Assembly (NCBI GenBank): GCA_000388065.2
Contig: KB932211.1
From: Fonticula alba ATCC 38817
Lineage: Eukaryota > Protista > Nucleariida
Reading direction: 5' to 3' (one strand)
Length of the DNA stretch: 19,898 nucleotides
Numbering within the stretch: the first letter of the stretch is position 1; each line of letters begins with the position of its first letter. Shown piece by piece: positions 7,901 to 16,425 of this stretch. A model generated the notes under the pieces. It saw only the letters and a list, made by a program, of their open reading frames with translations. It did no database searches and had not been told where the DNA came from. The translations under genes and the position numbers were made by a program.

Positions 7901-10243
7901 CCGGGCCGCAGGCCGCCCAGTGCATGGCCTGCCATGGCGGGGCCTTCCTCTATGGGGGGACCTGCCTGGCGGCCTGCCCGGGGGGCTACTTCGCCGGGGC
8001 CGACCAACGGTGCCAGCCATGCCATGGCCGGTGCCTGACCTGCCACGGGCCCGAGCAAGACCGGTGCCTGTCCTGCCCGGGCCTGGGGCTGCTGCACCGG
8101 GGCCAGTGTGTGGACGCCTGCCCGGCCGGCAGCTTCGCCTGCATGGGATCGTGCGAAATGTGCGACCCGCACTGTGCCCGGTGCACGCCGGTGGCCGCCG
8201 GGCCCGGGGCGGGCGCCTGCGCGTCCTCGTGCGATGCCTGCGAGCCGGGCTTCCTCCGGGCCTTCGCGACCGGCGCGTGTGGGCCGGCCTGCCCGGCCGG
8301 CGAGTACTCGGCCGGTGCGGGCGCCTGCGCGCCGTGCGCCGGGGCCTGTCGCACGTGCGTCGACCGGGCCACCGTCTGTACCTCGTGCCACGACGCGGCG
8401 GCCTGGCTGCGCGTGGACACCGGCGCCTGTGTGGCCAGCTGCCCGGAGGAGGGCCTGGCCCGGGCGGAGCTGGCCTCGGTGCCGGGGCGCGTGTGCCTGC
8501 CCTGTCCCCGGGGGTGCCTTCGGTGCGCCCATGCCGGGGCCGGGGGCTGCGCCATCCTGCCGGCCGGGCCGCTGTCCTGCCCGGTGGTCGAGGCGTGCGC
8601 CTGGTGCGAGGAAGGGCTCCTGCTGAGCGCCGGCGGCCAGTGTGTGGCCGAATGCCCGGAGGCCGGGTACTTCGCCGACTGGGCGGCCGCGCCGCCGGGC
8701 TGCACCGCGTGCCACGCCCAGTGCAAGGCCTGCATCGGGCCCGAGCCCGGGGATTGCCTCGGCCGTGGCTCCCCCGGCCGGCGGCTTGGTATGTGTCTTT
8801 TGGCCGAGGGGGGGGGGAAGGGGGGGCTTCTTGCGCTTTCGCTCCGGCCGCCGGGCGGCGTGTGTGCTGACGGCCATGGCTGCCGGCCACCTTGCTGTGC
8901 AGCGCTCATCCTGGGCATCAGCCTGGGGCTGCTGCTGCTGCTGCTCATGTTGCTGGTCCTGCTGTGGGTGCTGCTGTTTGTGCGCCGGCGGCGGCAGCAT
9001 GCCCTGGACAAGGTGCGCGGCTTCGGCCCCTTTGTGGGCTGCCTCTTGCTCCATGCCGGCGCCCTGGGCTGTCCGGTACAGGGACCGGGGGGGGGGGCGC
9101 GCGTCGGACGTGTGACTGACTGTGGGCATGCTCGGCGCGGTCGGCCCGGCACGCGCGCGCAGGACCCGGCAGCGGGCGCGGACGACGAGCATTCCACCGT
9201 GATGAACACCATCGTGGAGCTGTCGCTCCCGGGGCGCATCCTGGTGAATGTGGCGCAGGACTTTGCCCCGGTCGGGGGGGACCCGCTCGGGGCCGGGACC
9301 CAGGCGTCGGTGTTCGTGGCGCGGGCCGTCAGGGCCGGCATCGGCCGGCGGCTGGGCTGCCCGGACGTGGTGGCCATCAAGCAGATGAAGGCGGCCCAGC
9401 TGCGGCCGGCCCAGTATGCCCTCTTCCAGGGGGAGGTGGCGCTGATGTGGCTGCTGCGCGAGGCGCCGAATGTGGTCCGGCTGTATGGGTACAGCGAGCA
9501 GCCGCCGGCCATCGTGATGGAGTGCTTCGAGACGGATCTCCGGGCGCTGCTGCACTCGGACGTGCCCCTGGCCCAGGGCACCATCTTGGACATCTGCCAG
9601 CAGTGGGCCTCCGGGCTGGAGGCCATGCACCTGGCCGGGGTGGCGCACTGCGACCTGAAGCCGGGCAATGTGTTTGTCAGCCATGCCCCCGGGGCCGGGT
9701 GGCGGGCGGCCCTCGGGGACCTGGGCACCAGCCGGAGCCTGAATGCCGACCGGTCGTCGGCCCTGGTGAACCGGGCCCCGGAGCTGAATGCGCTGACCGC
9801 GCGGTACGCCGGGCCGGAGGTCCTGGCGGCCTTCCGCCAGAAGCGCTCCCTGGACCCGGAGCTCCACCTGATGGCGGATGTCTACAGCGCGGCCATCATG
9901 CTGTGGGAGTGCCTGGCTCGTCGGCTGCCATGGGCCGGTGCGTGTGGGCATGCCTTGCTCCTTTGGCCATGGGCGGGGGGGACGTGCATCGGTTGCCGAA
10001 TTCTGACACGCCTGCGTGTGGGCCCTGTGTCGGGCTGCGTGCGTGCGCGCGGTCTCAGACATGGGCTTCGAGGATATTGCCTCGGCCGTGCTGGGGGGCC
10101 AGCGCCCGGAGATCGCCTTCTCCGGCCCCCTGGCGGACCTGCTGCCGCTGGCGTGGGACACCGAGCCGTTTGCCCGGCCCCCGGTGATGGCCTTCCGGCA
10201 GAAGCTCACCATGGCCTGGATGGCGGCCGCGGCCGCGGAGTAG
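1910..10243 (+). CDS. Gene 2: complete furin-like-repeat, single-pass receptor TKL-type Ser/Thr kinase; exons 1910-3236, 3644-8788, 8903-9012, 9163-9937, 10059-10243 (7542 nt, 2513 aa)
   Basis: ATG at 1910 followed by a hydrophobic signal peptide (WLPLCVALVLSVLGGLAW). 26 CxxCxxxCxxC-type cores counted by eye. TM helix at 8905-8982 followed by RRRR. Kinase motifs LGAGTQASV, VAIK (9370-9381), GEV, HCDLKPGN (9646-9669), DLG (9718-9726), GPE, ADVYS. All four GT-AG introns keep phase and the exon sum is divisible by 3. TAG at 10241-10243. Confidence 0.88.
3237..3643 (+). other. Gene 2 intron 1 (407 nt, phase 1)
   Basis: Donor GTGCGC at 3237, acceptor AAG at 3641-3643; the joint reads GQR-Y-ECRPC. 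Gene 4 has a phase-1 intron at nearly the same position. The exact donor is less certain than for the other introns. Confidence 0.72.
3389..3597. repeat. 11-bp minisatellite (core GGCTTCTACAT), about 19 units, inside intron 1
   Basis: Seven exact GGCTTCTACAT units between 3444 and 3531, with in-register variants (GGCTTCCTCAC, GGCTTCCTCGC, CCCCACCTCGC) within and on both sides. Confidence 0.92.
5221..8760 (+). repeat. Coding array of about 25 furin-like (growth-factor-receptor Cys-rich) repeats in gene 2
   Basis: Recurrent C-x2-C-x3-C-x2-C...C-x2-C...C-x3-C-P-x-G-x-[FYW] units, e.g. CLPCHPACAACAGPQAAQCMACHGGAFLYGGTCLAACPGGYF. Confidence 0.92.
8789..8902 (+). other. Gene 2 intron 2 (114 nt, phase 1)
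   Basis: Donor GTATGT at 8789, branch CTGAC at 8867-8871, acceptor CAG at 8900-8902; immediately precedes the TM exon. Confidence 0.85.
9013..9162 (+). other. Gene 2 intron 3 (150 nt, phase 0)
   Basis: AAG|GTGCGC donor at 9013, branch CTGAC at 9116-9120, first downstream AG at 9161-9162. Confidence 0.85.
9938..10058 (+). other. Gene 2 intron 4 (121 nt, phase 1) at the PWxG position
   Basis: Donor GTGCGT at 9938, branch CTGAC at 10003-10007, acceptor CAG at 10056-10058. Splicing is required to reach the subdomain X-XI frame (DMGFEDIASAVLGGQRP...AWDTEPFARP). Confidence 0.92.
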
Positions 10244-10560
10244 GCTTGGCCCCGCCATCCGCGGGCCCCTCGGCGTGTGGGTGCTGTGCCCTCCCCCGGC
10301 CGGTGACCCTCTGTGTTGTGGGCTCCTGCGCGGCGGCGGGCGGCTCGCCGTCCGGTCGAGGGGCCGTGCGGCGACGCGCTCCGGAGGCGGTGCACCCGGG
10401 CCCTCCTGGCAGGGGCTTCGTCGCCTCTTGTACATCTCCCCCTCTTTTGTTGGTATACACACTGTTCCTCCGCCGACCATTTCGTCCCAGCCGGCGGGCC
10501 GCGCCGCTGTGCTGGCGCTGCCGCCCTGTCGCTGGCCGCGCGGGGGCGTATGGCGCCTCG

Positions 10561-10563
<3 letters not shown>

Positions 10564-10617
<54 letters not shown>
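10564..10617. repeat. G54 homopolymer
   Basis: 54 consecutive G, about 320 nt downstream of the gene 2 stop. The exact length may be affected by sequencing error. Confidence 0.93.
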
Positions 10618-11079
10618 CGGTGCAGCGGGTCACTTCTCTTTTTTTTTTTGACTCTCGCTGTGCCGTCGGGTCAGCCCCATGCGCCCGGTCGTCGGCCCGT
10701 CCGCCAGACACACTGGCACGCCATGCCTCGCTCTGGCGCCCCTGATGCCTGGCACGGGTCCCGGCGTGCTGGGGCTTTTTTTTTCGTGCGGCGAGCGTCC
10801 CTCAGCGCCTGCTCCCCGCCGCCAGGGGGCTCCCACCACCCGTGGCTCCAGGCATGGCACTATGTTGGGTACCCCCCAGCCGGAGCCCACTGCCGGGGCG
10901 CCTTTCCGGGTCCCGGCACTACGGCGCTCGTGCCGGTCGGATGGGCCTCGGGCAATTGGCGGCCGGCTCCGCGCCGACGTCGCGGCCATGCGATGGGTGC
11001 CGCAGCATGTGGGGAGCGGGCCCGACACAGACGTCCCGTCGTAGCATGGCCGGGACGTCTTTCCCCAACCACCATCCAG

Positions 11080-11922
11080 TGGGCTTGCGTGGTGCGGATC
11101 CGGGCCCGGCTGCTTCGGCTCCGACCCGAGCCGCAGGACCCGGTCGACGAAGAGCAGTCCCGGCTTTTTCCCGGCTGACGGTCCCTTTGGGTGGCTTCTC
11201 ATCGGGCGGGCCTGGCGCACCGCCACGGGCGGCCACTCGTGGCAAGGCCGCAGCTCGGGCCCCGGGGCCTCCCAGCGGGGCGAAGGGGCTCCATGCCGCC
11301 GCGACGCCCGGTTCAGGAGGGCGGAAGGCAGCTGGGCCTACCATCTGGGCATGTAACTGGACCATCGGGGCCGCGCATTCCGAGCGTAGGGGGCGAGGGG
11401 ACTGTGGCGTGTCGTGTTGGGCTGGCTCCACGCGACTGAGCCACATCGCCGACCTGGGCGATCTGCCGGCGGGGCCCGGCCTGCCAGGCACACATGCGTC
11501 CTCGCGCGGGCGGGCAAACGCCATGGCCGGCCGGCCTGCCCGGGTGCCCTTTCGCCCGGACCAGTGACCTTGCTGGCAGCTCGGGACCATCCTGGCCAAC
11601 AGACCATCACGTTGCGGGCAGGACGACCAGGGTCCCTGCTGCACCTAATGCAGTGGCTGGGTGATGTATATATATGTGTGGGGGGGGTGGGGGCAGCTGG
11701 CTGTCCATCCACCCCTCCGCGGGTGAATGTAAGACATGCCCGGCATCGGCTCCGGGCACGACGTTCTCACCTTTGTGTGGGCGCCATGGCTGCCGCTGGG
11801 AGGAGGCGCCAGTGCGGCGCATTGATGACATCCCCGCCATTACGGGCCCTCGCCCGGGCGAGCATGAGACGCGAACCTCGGGCCGGTGGTTCCTTCCTTC
11901 CGGCGGAGCGGGGCGTGTCTAG
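11080..11922 (+). pseudogene. Fragment A: highly decayed juxtamembrane and kinase domain of a paralog
   Basis: Colinear motif ghosts across several frames versus gene 2: DPVDEEQS (DPAAGADDEHS), stop at 11176-11178, SLWVASHRAGLAHRHGRPLVA (SVFVARAVRAGIGRRLGCPDVVA), AHSE...IADLG (AHCD...LGDLG), NAM (NAL), LHLM..DVY (LHLMADVY), WEEAPVRRI...GPRP (PWADMGFEDI...GQRP). Confidence 0.62.
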
Positions 11923-11944
11923 GGGCCCTCGGGGGCCTGGGAAC

Positions 11945-12760
11945 CGGCACTGGGGGGGGGTGTGTTCGGGGCAGGCGCCCGCGGCCTTTGTGCTCTGGTG
12001 AAAGCCGCGCTCACATGCCCCTTGGTCAGTGGGCCGTCTGCCGGGCTCTTGTCCCGGCCAGGACCAGCTTCCGGATGGCAACCACCCGGGTGCGGGGATG
12101 CGGCCCGGCGCCTGGCAGGCCCGCCAGAGGCCCCGAGGCGTGGCACAGCGTACGCGTCTTCCTGGCGCTCGAGACGCGCCCCTGCCCCGGCCAGGGAGGG
12201 GGCAAGTGGCGAGACAGCTTCCTGGCGCAGGATGGGCTGCAAGAAGCGCCGGGGCGCCACCCCTGCGACAGGAGCGCGCCATCGAGACGCGATGTGCGGC
12301 CGGGCGCGCGTCGCAGGCCCGATCCGAGGGGGAAAGGATCCATTGCCGCCGACGAGGGAGCAGGAATCGTGAAACACAGGCGCGGCAGTCCCCCTCGCTG
12401 GGCCGAACTCTGGCCAAGAATACAAAGGGGTGACCCGGTGCGCAGCCCCCGGGTTGGGTCCTCCGGCGGCTGCCGCCGTATGGGAGCCCGGCTAACGCTG
12501 CATGCCTCCCGTCCCCCCGGCGCCTGCCCGTGGTGTGTGAGGCCTGGCGTGCTGTCCGCACCGGGGGGCCACTGCTTCCGGCGCCGGCCTGGCTGCCCTC
12601 CTGGGCCTTGCCTGACGGCCGTTGGACCAGCTCGACCCCATGGGCGACAGTGCTCGGTGGGCGCCGGCATGCACGGCTGGCGAACGGGTGCGCTTCAAAC
12701 ATGCGCACCCACCCCACAGCCTTCCAGGCTCGTGTGCTTTGGCAGCTGCCCCGCCGGGCG
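11945..12760 (+). pseudogene. Fragment C: decayed ectodomain piece (end of domain 2 plus furin-like repeat remnants)
   Basis: FGAGARGLCALVKA..SAGLL vs gene 4 FCADGAAGPCVLRPA..DAGLW; VFLALETRPCPG vs gene 4 VFALAMECPG; ACPWCVRPGVLSAPGGHCF (12522-12578) vs gene 2 ACAWCEEGLLLSAGGQCV; LVCFGSCPAG (12729-12758). Confidence 0.5.
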
Positions 12761-13044
12761 TTGTGGAGGCAGGAGCCGGCCAGGCTTCCTTCCCCGGTCG
12801 CCCGGTGCCGTGTGGGAATCACGGCACCGGCTGGGAGGTGAGGCAGATGGCGTATGTGTCCCGGCAGCGGGCGATCCCCCGAGCCCCGGGCAGTGCCAGT
12901 GGCACGCCTCGCCTGGCACATTGGGCAGCTTTCCCCCTTTTCCTGGCCCCCTGTCCCCCTCCCCGCCGCCGGTCCCGCCGCTTGCTGGGACATACACAAA
13001 CAGACAAGCGCGCAGGTGCGCTCTCCTTCGCGGCCAGGGCAGCG

Positions 13045-15617
13045 GCGGCCCCCCGCTCGACGGGTGCTTTTCCCTGGACCCCTGGTCTTGATCTTTCTTA
13101 CACCGGTGCTGCGGTGGGGCGCCCCTTCTCGCCGGGGCAGGATGTCTTTCTGCATGTGGAACAGCTTCGCATCGCGACGCACGCGGGGCCGGCCATCCTC
13201 TCCACCGGACCAGAGTCCCGACCCGTGGCCCGCGCCATTCGGGTGCCCGAGCTCATGGGGAGCTTGGCGCGGGACGGCCTCCAGCGCGCGAGGCCCGGTG
13301 GGGGGCTTCCTCGGGGCCTCTCGGGCGAGCCGTGGGCCCGCTAGGAGACCCCGCTGGCCGGCGCGGAGCCGCCGCTGCACCTTCCCCGGGGCGATCACCA
13401 GGCGCCCTGGGTCGTGGAGCACGGCCGGTCGAGGGCGAGGTTCTTCACGCCGGCCCTTGGGCAGCCGCTGCCCAAGGGCCGGAGACCAGGATCCCGGCCG
13501 GGGTGGGACCGGCACACGCCGGGGTCCCTCGGGTGGGGCAGGCCGGCTTGGCGAACCAGCTGCCCCTGGTCTGCATAGTCCGTCAGGGCCGGTGTCGGCC
13601 GCGCTGCCGGGCGTCGGGGATTCCTTCCACCTGGCCGAGGGCAGGCGACCGTGGCAGGTGGCGCTGGTGGCCGGGTCGCCGGTGGTGTGTGGCCTGTCGC
13701 CGAACCTGCCGGCCGACATCCTGGCCCCATGGCCGGGACGCGGGCAGACTCCCCGGTCGGTGAATGCCCCCTCCGGGGGTGGATGTGGCGCTCCGGCTGG
13801 CCGAAGGCCGGCCGACCGCGGGGCCTCGCCTCGACCCGGGCCCCTCGGGGAGCTGCATGTTGGCGGATGTGCCGGCCGGGGTCGAGGGGTCCGGAGCCCG
13901 GCTCCTGGCGGCCCCGGCTGCAGCCATCCTCCCCGGCCTCCGGCCGGTGCATGCGCTCCTGCCGCCATCGGCGGCCGAGGTGGGCACGCCGCAGCGAGCT
14001 CGGCTGAACGGCGGCCCCGGCGGCGGCGGCTTCGGGACGTGGACTTGGGTGTCCGGTCGCAGGGCGCTGCTCGACCGGAAGACCTTCGGCTGCCCCATGA
14101 CCGGCACCATCCGGTGCATGTCTGCCAAGCCGACCGGCAAGCGGGCCAGCGCCTTGGCCTTGTGTCCCGGGCCATGCCCCCTTCGGCGCATGTGGCGGCC
14201 GGCCGGCTGGGCGTCAAGTGTGAGGGCGGCTGGTGGCCTTCAGCAGCATGGTTGGCCCCGAGTGGATAGTTGCCCGGGCGCCGGGGGGGGACGTGCAGCC
14301 GACTGCCCGGTCCATGGACCACCGGTTTGGCCGCCGGACGCCGGGGACCTCTTCCCCATGCTGCTGGGCCCACCCCCCGCCCGGGCCAGTGAGAGGCCCT
14401 CGTCCCAGGGAGTGGAGCTGCCGTCTGGCGTCCCGGCCCGCCCGGGCGCGCTGCCGATGCGGGCGCGCACTTCCATCGGCGTGTCGGTCTCTGTCGTGCC
14501 ACCTGCCCGGGAGGCGTGCCTGCCATGCCGTCCGGCATGTGCTGTTCCGGGCCGAGCCCGGGCCAGAGCACGATCTGCCCGGTGATGGCTTTTTCCCGGA
14601 GGGGGGTGCCTGTCGCGTGTGCCTGGACGCCGGTGCCGCGTGCACCGATGGCAGTGCCTGTACGCGGTGCAAGGACCAGGCCTTGGTCGGGCCCGAGGGG
14701 ACTCCTTGCGCGTTGGCCTGTTGCTGGTGCTGTTGATTCTGAAGGCGCTTCTCGCTGTGCGCCGGCGCAAGAGGCAGGCCATGGAGAGAGAGTACCTGTC
14801 GACGACGGTGCTGAGCACCATCATCAAGCTGGCCCTGCCCGGGGCCATCCTGGTGGACGTGGCGGGGGACTTCCGACCGCTGGACGAGCAGCTCGGCGCC
14901 GGGACCGAAGCGAGCGTCGACGTCGCGCAGTCGGCCGGGCCCGGGATCGCGGCCCGGTTGGGCTGCCCGGAGGTGGTGGCCATCAAGAAGCTGCGGGCCG
15001 ACAAATATCCAGCCGGGGTGCCACGTCCTCTTCCGGAACACGGTGGTCCCGATATAACTACCTTCGTGGGGCTGAATGCCATGTCGGTGCCGTGTGCCGC
15101 GCCGGAGGTCCTTCCCAGCGGAGTGCCCCCCTGGACCGGGGGGCACCTCTTCCCGGCCGAGGTGTACAGCGCCTCGGTCATCCTCTTCAAGTGTCTGACG
15201 CGCATGGTCCCCTGGCCGGGGAAGAGCATCGCCGAGATCATGGCCGCGGTGTTTGACGGTTCCCGGCCGGTCGCCAACCCTCTGGCGGGCGACGTCACGA
15301 ACCTGGCGCAGGCCGGCTGGCAAAAAGGCCCCGGTCGGCGGCCCCCGGCTGGCGTCCTCCGTCAGCGGGGCGCCGCAATGCACACTGCTGCCGGCGGCCG
15401 GGCCAATCCTGCCCCCCCTCTCACAACCGCACGGTGCATCAACACCAAGCGGGGCGAGGGGGGTGAGGGAACATGGCATTGGGAGATTGGTCTTGTGTCG
15501 GACCGGGCAGCGCGGGAGGGGCTCAAGAAGAAAAGGACCTGCATGGCTCGCGGCCACACACGCACGAGGGCGGACCTGCGGGCGCCGAGCCAAGGCAAAC
15601 ACAACATCACATGGTGA
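13045..15617 (+). pseudogene. Pseudogene B: internally deleted, frameshifted paralog running from signal peptide to kinase (homology ends about 15400; final frame closes at 15617)
   Basis: Colinear matches to gene 4 or gene 2 in shifting frames: GPLVLIFLTPVL (signal), FSPGQDVFLH (LAPEQDMYLH), PGVGDSFHLAEG (PGIGRAFYLANG), WTWVSGRRALLDRKTFGC (WTLLHGQTALFESSSFGC), GPEWIVARAPG (GSDWTVLRVPG), QGVELPSG..IGVS (QGVALPAG..IGVS), about two furin cores, short TM plus RRRKRQ, LGAGTEASV, VAIK, APE, EVYS, PW..RP. No ATG at the signal peptide; in-frame TAG at 13342-13344. Confidence 0.85.
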
Positions 15618-16425
15618 TCACGGGCAGACGCCCTTCCAGGGCAAATAGGAATGGCGCTATTTCCGGTAAAGCCGGCCCTTATTTAATGTCCGATTTGTGA
15701 GATCCCTCCTGCCGTCTGGGCGTCTTGCATGTTCCCGGCAGGCAGGTGCCAGTGCATGGACACTTCAAACTTACCAGATCCACAAACAAAAGGGGGGGCC
15801 CGGGCCGCCGTAGGCGACCCGAGGCAGGGGACTGTGCGTCGGGCTGCGGCCCCTCCATCGATCTGGTCGGGCGCGCAGCTCCGCGAGGGTGGGGCGCGCT
15901 TTTGGCCCCCGGTCGTCCGGCATGCGGCCCTGGCGAGTGCGATGGCGACCGCCCTACCGGCGGCCGGGCGCCGGCCGCGCGCGGTTGCGGCTACGGGACT
16001 CGGGACCGATGCCCGCGACCGCGTCGATTCCCTGGTGTATTCTCAGCTCCGATGGGCGTGCCCGGTCCGCCGCAGCCCGGCAGCCGGCTTGCCCCAGGCC
16101 GGCGGGGATGCCTTCCCAACATGGAGGGGCAGCGGGGGGTCACATCTGTCGCAGACTCCGGCCGATGCCGGGCGCGCCCCATGTGGTGGGGCAGATGGGG
16201 ACGGGGCAGGCGCCGGCCGGGGGGCGCTGGCCCGGGGGAGATGCATCAAGTGCCGCCCCGTGTCCTGGCCCGGGCACATTTGCCACTCCCCCTCATTCTC
16301 TCCCCTTCCTTGTTGCTTTTCCCTCCTTTTTTTCCCTCTACTTCCCTCCTCTTTTCCCTCCTCTCCCCCGCCCCCGCTTCTGGCTCCCGCCTCCGCGGCT
16401 CCCCCCCCCCTTTCCCCCCTTGCAC

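Noticed and set aside
5221-8760. Proprotein convertase (furin/PCSK5), EGFR/insulin-receptor tyrosine kinase or Giardia-type VSP annotation
   Set aside because: Only the Cys-rich repeats are shared. There is no subtilase domain or L-domain, the catalytic loop is LKPGN (Ser/Thr type) rather than LAARN, and the tail is a kinase rather than CRGKA.
5983-10395. 1470-aa minus-strand ORF and the many other Arg/Pro/Gly/Ala-rich overlapping ORFs
   Set aside because: Shadow frames of GC-rich coding DNA with few stop codons; no recognisable motifs.
3109-11178. 2689-aa ORF as a single protein
   Set aside because: It begins inside exon 1 in the wrong frame, reads through intron sequence (Cys/Gly-rich junk around the TM, the minisatellite, the G54 run as poly-Gly) and misses kinase subdomains X-XI. 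The 5-exon model explains the sequence better.
11674-11790. Furin-repeat remnant (HPSAGECKTCP) inside fragment A
   Set aside because: Only two cysteines match, and it sits between kinase DVY and PW ghosts. It is more likely an insertion, intron relic or chance match; unresolved.
15725-16300. Further paralog remnants upstream of gene 4 (PACGPGEC, GRCIKCRP, HICRR)
   Set aside because: Isolated short Cys matches in different frames without colinear support; not distinguishable from chance by eye.
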